A stretch of DNA of 64,000 nucleotides from the IMG/VR virus record IMGVR_UViG_3300042868_007959, positions 189,880-253,879 of that record; one strand, given 5' to 3'. The translations under genes were made by a program, and so were the position numbers. The notes under the pieces are model-generated. The model had not been told where the DNA came from and made no database searches. It saw nothing but the letters and a program-made list of their open reading frames with translations. Shown here piece by piece: positions 27,417 to 37,788 of this stretch. How positions within the stretch are numbered: position 1 is the stretch's first letter; the number at the start of each line of letters is the position of its first letter.

Positions 27417-30400
27417 CTAATTAAATATAGGGCGATATCATTATTTATATCTTTCATTTTTATCCACCTACTTGGTATCTGTTGATTTTTCAGTACCCTT
27501 ACTTGACCGACTAACCCAACAACATTCCATTCAGGTCTTTCAGATCTAGGGATATATAACATATTAGGATCAAAATTTTGACTTAATTTTGGTGTTTGTT
27601 CCGTTATTGTTTTGTAAATGGTTTCACCACTTTCAGTTATATAATCTATCATATCATATGAATAGTCTTCCATAATATATCTACCCCATTCATCTTTTTC
27701 ATATTTTCCTACCCATTCATCTGCGGTACCTCCTTCATTGTTACCGATAAGTGTAGGGTTAGAAGAAATAACACCCATAGCGTTATTTGCGTCAACACAT
27801 ACTTTTATTTTATCATCTACTAATTCGACTACTGTACCGTAAGGTATTGAATCTCCTGATAAAGATTCAAAGTATTCAGCGTAATCCGCACCAGAGTTAT
27901 ATGTTGCACCAGCACCATAAACATTACCAGCCGAATCGACTCTAAATGCATTTGATCTAGAGGCGTTACTGGTACCTTTACCGATAATGAAGTATTGGTT
28001 AGCGTTTGTTATATTATTATATTTACCAGATACGTGTTGTCCTGCTTCATAAGCAATAGTACCCAAACCCTCTGAGTGAGAATATTGAGTAGTTGCAGAT
28101 GTTTGGTAACCCTCTGAGTGCGAATAATCTCCAGTAGATTCTGTGGAATACCCTTCAGCGTGAGAATATTGACCAATAGATTCTGACCTAAAACCTTCAG
28201 AATGTGAATATGCCCCAATAGAATCAGTATCATATCCTTCAGAATGTGAAGCAGTACCTTGAGCTATTGTAAATCTACCTTCAGAATGTGAATATGACCC
28301 AATAGAATCTGATCTATCACCTTCAGCGTGTGAACTAATTCCTGATGCCAAAGTCTGAAACCCTTCTGAGTGTGAATAGGAAGTTGTTGCAGATGTTTGG
28401 AATCCTTCAGCGTGTGAAGCAATTCCTGATGATAAAGTTTCTCTACCTTCAGCGTGTGAATGTGAATTAGTTGCACTTGTTTGAAGTCCTTCAGCGTGTG
28501 AACTTAGTCCTGATGCCAAAGTTTGTTGACCTTCAGCGTGTGAATAGAAAGTTGTTGCACTTGTTTGATTGCCTTCAGCGTGTGAACTAGTTCCTGTAGC
28601 CAAAGTCTCTGCCCCTTCAGCGTGTGAATAGGAAGTTGTTGCACTTGTTTGATCACCTTCAGCGTGTGAATATACCCCCAATGCTAAAGTAAAGCTACCT
28701 TCAGCGTGTGAACCAGTTCCTGATGCCAAAGTTTGGTTCCCTTCAGCGTGTGAATAGGCAGTTGTTGCAGACGTACTTATACCCTCTGCGTGAGAAGCAG
28801 TTCCTGACGCTAAAGTACCTATACCTTCAGCGTGTGAAGAGTAAGTTGTTGCACTTGTCGGATTAGGAACTAACCCAGATTTACCGAAAAATACCCCACC
28901 TTCTGCGTGTGAAGCAGTTCCTGAAGCAATATTACCGACACCTTCAGAGTGTGAATATTGTCCTGATGCAGTTGTTCCCGATCCTTCAGCGTGTGAAGCA
29001 GTTCCTGATGCAATAGTTGTACCTCCTTCAGCATGAGAAACATCTCCAGATGCTAAAGTACTTACACCTTCAGAGTGTGAATTAATACCACTAGCAGTTG
29101 TAGTATCCCCTTCAGCGTGTGAATTTTGTCCTGATGCCAAAGTCACACGTCCTTCTGCGTGTGACCCAAATCCTGATGCAATAGTTGATTGACCTTCAGC
29201 GTGTGAATGTCGTCCTGACGCTAAAGTACCTATACCTTCAGCGTGTGAAGAGTAAGTTGTTGCACTTGTTGGTATACCTACTAACCCTAACTTACCTAAA
29301 AATGCCCCACCCTCAGCGTGTGAAGCAATACCTGAGGCAATATTAAAATAACCTTCAGCGTGTGAATAATCACCACTTGCGGTTGTAATCCAACCCTCAG
29401 AGTGAGAACTAGTACCACTAGCAGTTGTCTGATAACCTTCAGAGTGTGAATAATCCCCACTCGCAATTGTTTGAAATCCTTCCGCATGTGATGTAGCCCC
29501 ACTTGCGGTTGATAAATTACCTTCAGCATGTGAATAATCACCGATAGCACTTGTTTGAACTCCTTCAGAGTGCGACATAATCCCAATTGCAAATGTATCC
29601 GCCCCTTCAGCGTGTGAAAAATCACCACTAGCAGTTGTTTGGAATCCTTCAGCGTGTGAACCAAAGTTTCCACCTGCAATTGTTTGATAACCTTCCGCAT
29701 GTGATGTATCACCACTTGCGGTTGTCTGATAACCCTGAGCCAATGATAATAAACCACTAGCGACTGATCCACTATTTTTAACCACTATTGCGTCTACACC
29801 TGTTGATGCCGTCCAAAATGTTACTCCTGATGTGGCACCCGATGCAGATAACCAAGTGGCGTTACCAACAGAGTCGGAAACTAAAACATAACCATTTGTT
29901 GCTCCTGATGTAACTTGTAAAGTTGTTGTTTTTGTCTTACCACTAACATCTAGTTTTTCAGATGGTGTCGTAGTTCCAATACCTAAATAACCTGCAATAT
30001 AATTATATCCCTCATCTTTTATATATATACCCCATCTATTTGTTGGTGGGGGGATATTTCCAGATCTTGTGGATTGATCATCCATATAAAACCCATATAT
30101 ATTATTTGTTGATCCATTATGGGTTAAAGTTATATCAAAACCATTCATCCAAAAACCAACATACTCATTTATAGTACCACCTGCAGTCAAATTCCTTAAT
30201 ACAGATGACGAACTTTTAACTATATCATTGTAAGTTCCTGTGTTTGTTTGAATTTGTACTACATTAATTTCGGATGTTAAAGCTTCATTACTATTTAATA
30301 ATGATAAATCACCTGTATATAATATTAGATTTGCCTTTGAATAAAATTCCCCATTTGTTGGTGATGTTATGTTTGGATATAATAGTGTACCGTCACCAAC

Positions 30401-32557
30401 AACATTAGATGATGATGTGGTTGTTGGTCTAAATTCTTTGTATATAGATTTTATAGTAGATGTGTCCGTAGGTGTTGAAACTCCGTCTAAATAATAAAAA
30501 GATGGTGATGTACCTGTTGTTAATGAAGACGTTTTAAAAAACGATGTACCACTAACTGTTAATCTTTCCGTAGGTGAAGACGTACCGATACCAACGTACC
30601 CTCTTGTTACACCACTACCTTGTATATGTATATCGGGTGTATTTCCTGAAGACGCATCTTGACCAGCATAAAATCTTATATAATCTGCACTAGTAGCACC
30701 GTATTCACTTATAATATTTAAACCGTAAGCGTTTACACCTGCATATAAGTGAACATCTCCCGGATTACCATAGTCTGGATATAGTAAATCATCCCAAGAC
30801 CTAATACCTAAACTGACAGATGCTTGTGGTTTTGTTAAATATGGTGGAATCTCCACGCTAAATCTAGGAACATTTGTTTTTCCACTTATTGCAAATCTAC
30901 CCCCTACGGATGTTGGATCATAAAAAAGTCTAGAATTTGTGTTAACGACATCTAATAAATATTGTGGGTTAGATGTATTAATACCAACGTACCCTCTTGT
31001 TACACCACTACCTTGTATATGTATATCAGGAGTTGTACCATTTGCAGTTTGTCCCGCATAGAATCTAATATAGTCTTCAGTACCCGTACCAGGTGAATTA
31101 ATTAAGTTTAACCCATTTGACGCATTACCCGCATATGTAAACATATCCCCTACTTTACCATACACAGGAGTAAGTGTATCATCCCAAGCCCTCATACCTA
31201 ATTGACCTCCCGCAACTGGTTTAGTCAAATATGGTGCAATTGTTATACCTAATCTTGGTAGATTTGTATTTCCACTTATTACAACCAATCCACCAAACGA
31301 TGTGGGATCATAATAAAGTCTAGAATTTGTGTTAACAACATCTAAAGAATATTGTGGAGTCTCTGTACCGATACCTAATCTACTATTGGTAACATCAATT
31401 GTAACTCCACTAGTGGAACCAAAATAAACATTTCCTTCATCCAAAGGATTAACATTTAAAGGAGAACAAGAATGTATGTTCGATACATATAAATCATTGA
31501 CACAATCTCCTGACGAACCTATTGTATCTGCAGAAAAATTAATTATTGTCCCTGAATTCGCACTTAATGATGGATCAAATAACCAAACACCGTTTGAGTC
31601 CGAATATATTCTAGAATCTACACCATTACTGACACCATCTTCTAGTGTAAAACCACCACCGATTGCGGTTAAATGTGTTCCACTATAATTTAAAATAATA
31701 TTATTATCTTTAGATCTAATAATTTCTGTGTTTATTGTAGTGGCAGAACCATTTACAATTACATCACCATTTATAGTAACATCCGAATTGAATGTAATAC
31801 CTGAAGAACAATCATTTATTGTTTCTAAATTAACTATTGGTAAACATGATCCTGAAAGTAATGAAGATAAGGAATTCCAACCCCCTTTACCCGTATCATC
31901 TATTTGAGTCAATACATAATTAGTTGTCGCTGAACTAGCACCATTACTTATAGTAATTTTATTTGTAATTAATCTACCATCTACTGATATATTTTCTTTA
32001 GATGATAAATAATCTAACGGTCCTTTATAATCTAAGGTACCCGCAGAAAAGTTTTCTTGGGAAGCACTTGTGACACCACTAAATACATTGGGATTAAATT
32101 GAGATACATTGATAAAACTATATGTTACACTATAACCAGTATATTCTGTACCTATTATATAGTCACCAGTATACCCTGTTTGTGTTAATGTCCAAAACGG
32201 ACCAACCACTTGTGTGTCCGCACTCAGTATTGTAATGGGTAATGTTAACCCCGAAGTCGTAGCCGAAAATAAAGGATTAGTCCAAGTGGTTGCGGTATAC
32301 CCACTAAAAAGTGGATTGTAATAAGGTGATAATGGGTTTGAGACATCGAAAACGGTAGTTCCTGTGTTCCCACTAAACACTGCGTTTTCTGTCGAAACAA
32401 CCCCTAATGAAACAGTTGTTGCGGTATTGACACCTGTTGGGTAACTACTAAATGGTATTCCTGATAGTATTTTACCGTCAAAAGTTGCAGTTTCACCAGT
32501 TATTATCTTAGCTTGTCTTGAAAGATCTAATAATGTTGTAAATTTATTTATAGGCAT
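27413..32557 (-). CDS. giant tail fibre/appendage with SHAEG (YadA-head-like) repeats and C-terminal peptidase G2 intramolecular chaperone
   Basis: 1714 aa; G(I/V)G(I)GT repeats; 38 SH(A/S)EG repeats; GADYAEYFE...GVIS...RPEWNVVGLVGQVRV. Confidence 0.8.
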   Translation of the reverse strand: MPINKFTTLLDLSRQAKIITGETATFDGKILSGIPFSSYPTGVNTATTVSLGVVSTENAVFSGNTGTTVFDVSNPLSPYYNPLFSGYTATTWTNPLFSATTSGLTLPITILSADTQVVGPFWTLTQTGYTGDYIIGTEYTGYSVTYSFINVSQFNPNVFSGVTSASQENFSAGTLDYKGPLDYLSSKENISVDGRLITNKITISNGASSATTNYVLTQIDDTGKGGWNSLSSLLSGSCLPIVNLETINDCSSGITFNSDVTINGDVIVNGSATTINTEIIRSKDNNIILNYSGTHLTAIGGGFTLEDGVSNGVDSRIYSDSNGVWLFDPSLSANSGTIINFSADTIGSSGDCVNDLYVSNIHSCSPLNVNPLDEGNVYFGSTSGVTIDVTNSRLGIGTETPQYSLDVVNTNSRLYYDPTSFGGLVVISGNTNLPRLGITIAPYLTKPVAGGQLGMRAWDDTLTPVYGKVGDMFTYAGNASNGLNLINSPGTGTEDYIRFYAGQTANGTTPDIHIQGSGVTRGYVGINTSNPQYLLDVVNTNSRLFYDPTSVGGRFAISGKTNVPRFSVEIPPYLTKPQASVSLGIRSWDDLLYPDYGNPGDVHLYAGVNAYGLNIISEYGATSADYIRFYAGQDASSGNTPDIHIQGSGVTRGYVGIGTSSPTERLTVSGTSFFKTSSLTTGTSPSFYYLDGVSTPTDTSTIKSIYKEFRPTTTSSSNVVGDGTLLYPNITSPTNGEFYSKANLILYTGDLSLLNSNEALTSEINVVQIQTNTGTYNDIVKSSSSVLRNLTAGGTINEYVGFWMNGFDITLTHNGSTNNIYGFYMDDQSTRSGNIPPPTNRWGIYIKDEGYNYIAGYLGIGTTTPSEKLDVSGKTKTTTLQVTSGATNGYVLVSDSVGNATWLSASGATSGVTFWTASTGVDAIVVKNSGSVASGLLSLAQGYQTTASGDTSHAEGYQTIAGGNFGSHAEGFQTTASGDFSHAEGADTFAIGIMSHSEGVQTSAIGDYSHAEGNLSTASGATSHAEGFQTIASGDYSHSEGYQTTASGTSSHSEGWITTASGDYSHAEGYFNIASGIASHAEGGAFLGKLGLVGIPTSATTYSSHAEGIGTLASGRHSHAEGQSTIASGFGSHAEGRVTLASGQNSHAEGDTTTASGINSHSEGVSTLASGDVSHAEGGTTIASGTASHAEGSGTTASGQYSHSEGVGNIASGTASHAEGGVFFGKSGLVPNPTSATTYSSHAEGIGTLASGTASHAEGISTSATTAYSHAEGNQTLASGTGSHAEGSFTLALGVYSHAEGDQTSATTSYSHAEGAETLATGTSSHAEGNQTSATTFYSHAEGQQTLASGLSSHAEGLQTSATNSHSHAEGRETLSSGIASHAEGFQTSATTSYSHSEGFQTLASGISSHAEGDRSDSIGSYSHSEGRFTIAQGTASHSEGYDTDSIGAYSHSEGFRSESIGQYSHAEGYSTESTGDYSHSEGYQTSATTQYSHSEGLGTIAYEAGQHVSGKYNNITNANQYFIIGKGTSNASRSNAFRVDSAGNVYGAGATYNSGADYAEYFESLSGDSIPYGTVVELVDDKIKVCVDANNAMGVISSNPTLIGNNEGGTADEWVGKYEKDEWGRYIMEDYSYDMIDYITESGETIYKTITEQTPKLSQNFDPNMLYIPRSERPEWNVVGLVGQVRVLKNQQIPSRWIKMKDINNDIALYLIR
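28060..29750 (-). repeat. coding tandem repeat, about 42-nt unit (CCTTCAGCGTGTGAA core on +)
   Basis: 14-aa SHAEG units; 57-bp exact duplicate at 28802..28858 and 29213..29269. Confidence 0.9.
30588..31027 (-). repeat. internal duplication of about 130 aa in the fibre gene
   Basis: 47-bp exact repeat at 30588..30634 and 30981..31027 (DIHIQGSGVTRGYVGI). Confidence 0.85.
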
Positions 32558-32616
32558 AACTTTATTTTTAAATAAATATTTAGAATTGTGTTATATTTAT
32601 ATAAAAAAGATTTATT

Positions 32617-33456
32617 ATGAATAAAACATTTAAAAAGTCCGATATTAATACGTATTTAGGTAAAAAAAATGTTCTGAGGGAGAATGAGTTAAATGAATTA
32701 ATAGGTACCAATGGGGCATTAATTAATCCTAGTAATAGCTACAAACAAAATAGAAATTTTATAAAATCTAAAAAAACTACTGATGATTATGTTAGAAGTT
32801 CTACTCAAGGACCTGAGGCATACTTTATATATGGTGGACCATATTATGGTATCAATTACGCATATATTGTTAATGAAGAAGAAAATATTTTAGATAGTGA
32901 TACTGAAGAAATCTATGATGAGTTGGATGTTGTACCATCTAAAAAATATAGTAGAGACGATAAAGAAAGAAAGTATAGGGAAGCCAAAAAAATGGCGGAT
33001 AAAGATATAAGTTCACATTATTTCAGACAATCTGATCCTGTATATGATCATTTACCATCAGATGAGTGGAGAAATTATAAATTACCTAATGACACTAAAT
33101 TTGATTTTGATATTACAGAAAATGAAGATTCTATGAAATCATTGGTTGATGAGATAATTAGAAACAAAAAAGATACTACTAGAGATTTTGTTAAAAAAAT
33201 GAAAGAGTCTGATATTATAGTAGGGATGGATAAAATAGCAGACATTAGCGAATTAAAAGATGTACATGAAAAACCAATGGTTATAAGAAAAATAAATAGT
33301 CTATTGGATTTAATACATAAAGAAAATCTAAAAGGTGATGAGTTGGGAATATTATTGAACCACTTAATTGATAATTTAGATATTTATAGTATGAAAGAAG
33401 AACATAGAGAAATAATTGGTGATAAAATAAAGTATGGCGAGCAGGAAGGAAAATAA
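32617..33456 (+). CDS. hypothetical late protein
   Basis: 279-aa ORF; ATATTTATA at 32593; several LxE/VNE sites. Confidence 0.6.
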   Translation: MNKTFKKSDINTYLGKKNVLRENELNELIGTNGALINPSNSYKQNRNFIKSKKTTDDYVRSSTQGPEAYFIYGGPYYGINYAYIVNEEENILDSDTEEIYDELDVVPSKKYSRDDKERKYREAKKMADKDISSHYFRQSDPVYDHLPSDEWRNYKLPNDTKFDFDITENEDSMKSLVDEIIRNKKDTTRDFVKKMKESDIIVGMDKIADISELKDVHEKPMVIRKINSLLDLIHKENLKGDELGILLNHLIDNLDIYSMKEEHREIIGDKIKYGEQEGK

Positions 33457-33982
33457 AGGTGGTAATAGTAAGTTACATGGGAAATATTATAATTGCCCAA
33501 ATTATGTACTTAATGCAGTTACCAATGCCGTAAAAACTTATGAAACTTTAAAAAAGGAAGATATCAGTAATAATAAAGCTACTGAAGGATATAAAAGAGC
33601 TAAAGGTATTCTAGAAAATAAAAAAATAGAATATAAACAAATGAAAAGGATAAAAAACTGGTTCGATAATTATGATGGTAAACATGAGGATATCGAATAT
33701 AGACTTAATGGTGGTAAAACAATGCACAATTGGGTAGACTCAACTCTTAATAAAGAAACACAGTCTATTAAAGCACCTAAAAAAATAAAAAGTGAAACAG
33801 GTTTGTCAAATCAATTTATTAAACAACACGAAAAAGATACTACTAAAGTTAATAGACAAACATTGAAGATAAAATTACCTAAACTTAGTAAAGATATAAG
33901 TGGACAATTATCGAGAGGAAAACCTGTTTATGAAGAAATTTTAAGAATACAAAAATTAATAATATATGAATCTAAAATATAA
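33434..33982 (+). CDS. hypothetical phage protein
   Basis: 182 aa; GYKRA..I......KRIKNWF...LNGG...NW; C-terminal VYEEILRIQKLI leader-like motif. Confidence 0.6.
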   Translation: MASRKENKGGNSKLHGKYYNCPNYVLNAVTNAVKTYETLKKEDISNNKATEGYKRAKGILENKKIEYKQMKRIKNWFDNYDGKHEDIEYRLNGGKTMHNWVDSTLNKETQSIKAPKKIKSETGLSNQFIKQHEKDTTKVNRQTLKIKLPKLSKDISGQLSRGKPVYEEILRIQKLIIYESKI

Positions 33983-33987
33983 AAACT

Positions 33988-34332
33988 ATGGCAAAGACTA
34001 AATTAATGGAATTAGGTGATCAATTTAGAGTTGATAACGTAATTAAAAACGTATACTTAGATAGTGATGGTAAAAAGTACGGACCTACTCACCCAAACGC
34101 ATTATCAGATGGTGATAATAAAGGTAGAGGTACTAGTGGTAATAGTGATCAATTAAATACTATTAATGGTGGAAACGATATAGACATCAATGGTAACCCT
34201 ACTTATCCAGGTAGTGGTAGAAAACAATTAATCGCTAGAAATGAATCAAAATATGGTAACCCTACAGGACCTAATGGTTACGGTCCAAGTAAACCTTACT
34301 ATCCTAACTATATATTTAATAATAATCAATAA
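33988..34332 (+). CDS. hypothetical N/G/P-rich protein
   Basis: 114-aa ORF in operon. Confidence 0.6.
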   Translation: MAKTKLMELGDQFRVDNVIKNVYLDSDGKKYGPTHPNALSDGDNKGRGTSGNSDQLNTINGGNDIDINGNPTYPGSGRKQLIARNESKYGNPTGPNGYGPSKPYYPNYIFNNNQ

Positions 34333-34340
34333 TATATAAA

Positions 34341-34709
34341 ATGAAGCTTTACTATTTAGCCGAAGGACTTATACTTGAATTAGCAAATAAAGAAACTGTT
34401 AAAAAAATAATGGACGGAAAACGTTTAGCTTCTGTTTATTATGACGATGGTGAAGATCCAGGTGGTAAGAATAAAAGATGGATTGAAATATATTGTTATG
34501 GAATCTCAAAAAGAAATAATGATATGGTTCGAGTTTATCAGATAGGTGGAGATACTAAAACAATCCAACCTGGATGGAAAACGTTTAGGGTTGATAGAAT
34601 GGATAATTTAGAAATGTTAGGTGGTACATTTGAAGAACCTAGACCACTATTTAATCCTAGTGGAGACAAGGATATGATACAGATTTATAAAATTTTAAAT
34701 TTTGATTAA
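34341..34709 (+). CDS. standalone WYL-like domain protein
   Basis: SVYY...RWIEIYCYG...VRVYQ...GWKTFRVDRM. Confidence 0.6.
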   Translation: MKLYYLAEGLILELANKETVKKIMDGKRLASVYYDDGEDPGGKNKRWIEIYCYGISKRNNDMVRVYQIGGDTKTIQPGWKTFRVDRMDNLEMLGGTFEEPRPLFNPSGDKDMIQIYKILNFD

Positions 34710-34711
34710 AA

Positions 34712-35290
34712 ATGAGTAATGCAGAAAGATTAAAAGAAATTTTAAGTAGATCAAAAGCGGTTATGCAAATTACGGAGCAAAACCACGGATCAACTTCTAA
34801 TGGAAGTCAAAGTAATGAATATAGTAGTGAAGAAAAAGAAATACCTAATTTAACTGAAAATTTTATTAGGGAAAACCAAAGAACCTCTTCTTCCTCAGTA
34901 GCCCCAGTAAATGGTAAATATAGAAACATAAATAAATCTAAAATGCCTGAAGCAATTAAAAGGGCGATGATAGATAATCCAATAGATATTCCAGAATCAC
35001 CATACCATACATTTGAGTTAGAAGATGTTCCTGAGTTATTGGTGAATGAACAAAGAACTAATAACCAACCTAAAAAAACTAACAAAGTTTCTAATGTAAA
35101 TGAAACTGTTAAAAGTACTATTAACGAAAGTACAATAAGAAAAATAGTTAGAGAAGAAATAGAGAGTGTAGTTAGAACAGTGGTAGAAGAATATTTTGAT
35201 AAATCACTAGTTACTGAAGATATACAAATCAAAGTAGGACAAACTATATTTTCAGGTAAATTAAAACCGTTACCATCTAAAAGAAAATAA
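34712..35290 (+). CDS. hypothetical protein
   Basis: 192 aa; SKMPEAIKRAMIDNPI; INESTIRKIVREEI. Confidence 0.65.
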   Translation: MSNAERLKEILSRSKAVMQITEQNHGSTSNGSQSNEYSSEEKEIPNLTENFIRENQRTSSSSVAPVNGKYRNINKSKMPEAIKRAMIDNPIDIPESPYHTFELEDVPELLVNEQRTNNQPKKTNKVSNVNETVKSTINESTIRKIVREEIESVVRTVVEEYFDKSLVTEDIQIKVGQTIFSGKLKPLPSKRK

Positions 35291-35314
35291 TAAAACCCTC
35301 ATTAGAGGGTTTTA
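35291..35314. terminator. bidirectional intrinsic terminator
   Basis: TAAAACCCTC-ATTA-GAGGGTTTTA between convergent genes. Confidence 0.8.
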
Positions 35315-35322
35315 TTTTATAT

Positions 35323-35892
35323 TCACAATTGTGAAACTAATTCATTAAGTCCCTCATCAATCTGAGACTTAGGTAACCAAAAAGTTAAATCTCCGATAGA
35401 ATCGATTTTTAATCTAAGCATTTTTTTAAATACCTCAACATCCTCTTGTTTTTTAACATATGGGATATTTAATGCTTTTGAACATACTGGACCAACACCT
35501 GTCGCTTGTGATCTCCAATCAGTCAAATCTTTACCACAACATCTACAAGAAGATACATCTGAAGTATTCATTCTACCCGTAACTTGATACGCTTTAGTTG
35601 TTTCGTTAAGAACTTTAGTGATAGTAACTAAAAACGGATTAAATTCTAATTCATTGTCAACGGCAATTCTTTTGGCAATAAATTTAGTGACTTTCAGATT
35701 AACATTAACTTCTTTAAAATTTGGTTCTGTTTTAACCACTACTGTCTTAGAGAAAAATTTTGATGCTGCGTCTAATTGTTTAGGTGTTAGTGAACCATAT
35801 TTAATAAGACCACCTTTTAAAGAAAGAATAAAAACATTTGTCCCTACATATTCCTTAACATTTTTTGTAATTACTGAATTTTCCATAGTCAT
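35323..35892 (-). CDS. DUF6011-like zinc-finger protein
   Basis: CRCCGKDLTDWRSQATGVGPVC; N-terminal GSLTPKQ. Confidence 0.7.
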   Translation of the reverse strand: MTMENSVITKNVKEYVGTNVFILSLKGGLIKYGSLTPKQLDAASKFFSKTVVVKTEPNFKEVNVNLKVTKFIAKRIAVDNELEFNPFLVTITKVLNETTKAYQVTGRMNTSDVSSCRCCGKDLTDWRSQATGVGPVCSKALNIPYVKKQEDVEVFKKMLRLKIDSIGDLTFWLPKSQIDEGLNELVSQL

Positions 35893-35907
35893 TTAGTTTT
35901 GATATTG

Positions 35908-35938
35908 TAAAGATACAATAATTATTTTAATATACAAA
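35908..35938 (-). promoter_or_regulatory. Bacteroidota-type promoter
   Basis: TTTG-N19-TATCTTTA (one mismatch to TAnnTTTG). Confidence 0.55.
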
Positions 35939-35980
35939 TTTTTTATCATTTTTTTATATTTATAGGAAAACTAATTTTTT

Positions 35981-37774
35981 ATGTCAAAAACTAATTTAAC
36001 TGAAGAACTAAGAAGAATGAAAAACTTAATGGTGTATAATAATGGACAATATAATAATCCATTAAGGGAGGCAGTTGATACAACTACCCTACCATCGTTT
36101 AGTGAAAAGGTGGATTTCGGAGGAGGATGGTATACATTAGATGGAGAATATAAAGGGACAACTTGGAACATTCCTGATGATTTGAAGGATGAGTTGTCGT
36201 CAGTTAAAGAATTTTTATTAAAAAATCCATCTGGGTATATTGTTGACGTAAGAATAGATTCGGGTGAATCAAAAATACCTAATGTGGATGCGACAGGTAA
36301 AAAAGGAACTTATCCTAGTAACAAAGTACCACCTAAATATCTATCTAATGAACGAATGAAAACAATTAAAGATTATGTTACAAGCGTTTTTGATACTTGG
36401 GTTGAAGAAGGTGTTATAAAAGATAAATTAAATATTGTTACAACAGAACCAGTTATTGGGGGAACTAAATGGGTTGGTCAGGAATTTTGTCCAGAAGATA
36501 AAAGAGCTGGTGATCCTGAGGGATATAAATGTACAACCGCATTTAATGATGGATTGGCTAAGGGTAAATATGCCGATTTTAAGAAAGCGTATATTGAGGA
36601 GCAGTATGTTGAGGTAGTAATTAAAGTTAATAAAATTGAGGGTGAAGAAGAGACGCCAAAAGAGGTAACAGGTAAAGATCCATTAGAATGTGCAACAAAT
36701 TTAAAAATACGAATTTGGGTTGCGTCACACGACTGTCAAAATGCCGAATTTTTTGTTTATGCAAATAATACCCCATTAAAAAATACAGTGGGGGGAATGA
36801 CTGCAAATTTAAATAATAGTAGTGTTGATAGAGGGGTACCTAGAACAAACTCACAACCAACATTTCAGTCGGAATTCTTAAATCCAGGATATGGATATTT
36901 ACCAAATGGAGATGGTACGTATGGTTATAAATACGGTTCAATAAATAAAGAAGGAAATTTAAGGGGGGGTAGATCCGATACATTTATTTTAAGCGAACAA
37001 CAAGTTAAAGATATAATCAATGAAAATCAAAATAAAAATAGTAAATCAATAATCTCTTTATGGATGATAGCCACTACAAGTAATGCACATAAGGATATCC
37101 CTCAAGTGACAATAACTTTGGGTGACGAAGTTATTTACGACAAAGCCCCTAAAATTACTAAAGGAAAACTATTATCTTTTGATGTTTGTACAAAGAAAGT
37201 AACTGAAAGTAGTGATACTCAAGAACCTGATTTAGGGGCACAAATTAATAAAATAGTTAGGGAAAAAAGAGAATTACAGGAAAAAAATATTACATCTGGT
37301 AAAGTCACAAAGAAAAAACAAATGAAATTAGATCAAAAAGGTGTAGTCTTAGAAAGATCCGAAATTCTAGTAGATAAAATTACATCTTTATTATCTTTTC
37401 TATCTAAAAATATAACATCTACAACAGAGGTAAGTGATGACGTTAAAAAAAGACTATCAGATGATTTTATTGAGATGCAGAAAGAATTAAAAGGAGATAT
37501 AGAATCGGGAATACCATCATTAGAGGCAACTTGGGATGGTGAAAAATTAACATTTGTAGATAAAACTATTAGAAATAGTGATTTATATGGTGATATAAGA
37601 ATGGATATTACTAAATTTTATAAAGGATTTATCTTAGCGTATTATAGATTTAAAAAATTCAACCCAAAAGGGATACCGACTGAATCGGATTGGGCGGGTA
37701 ATGTAGATGGTAAAAAACTTTTAGAAAGAATGAAAGTACCTAAAATATCACAAGAATTTGGATTAACGGTATAA
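35981..37774 (+). CDS. leader-bearing protein with OmpA-C-like domain (paralog A)
   Basis: MSKTNLTEELRRMKNLM; IDSGESKIPN...LSNERMKTIKDYV...EQYVEV. Confidence 0.55.
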   Translation: MSKTNLTEELRRMKNLMVYNNGQYNNPLREAVDTTTLPSFSEKVDFGGGWYTLDGEYKGTTWNIPDDLKDELSSVKEFLLKNPSGYIVDVRIDSGESKIPNVDATGKKGTYPSNKVPPKYLSNERMKTIKDYVTSVFDTWVEEGVIKDKLNIVTTEPVIGGTKWVGQEFCPEDKRAGDPEGYKCTTAFNDGLAKGKYADFKKAYIEEQYVEVVIKVNKIEGEEETPKEVTGKDPLECATNLKIRIWVASHDCQNAEFFVYANNTPLKNTVGGMTANLNNSSVDRGVPRTNSQPTFQSEFLNPGYGYLPNGDGTYGYKYGSINKEGNLRGGRSDTFILSEQQVKDIINENQNKNSKSIISLWMIATTSNAHKDIPQVTITLGDEVIYDKAPKITKGKLLSFDVCTKKVTESSDTQEPDLGAQINKIVREKRELQEKNITSGKVTKKKQMKLDQKGVVLERSEILVDKITSLLSFLSKNITSTTEVSDDVKKRLSDDFIEMQKELKGDIESGIPSLEATWDGEKLTFVDKTIRNSDLYGDIRMDITKFYKGFILAYYRFKKFNPKGIPTESDWAGNVDGKKLLERMKVPKISQEFGLTV

Positions 37775-37788
37775 TAAATTAATAAATT

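Noticed and set aside
28060-29750. Regularly spaced ~15-nt repeats resembling a CRISPR array
   Set aside because: The period is 42 nt, in frame, varies at synonymous positions and encodes SHAEG protein repeats; there are no cas genes.
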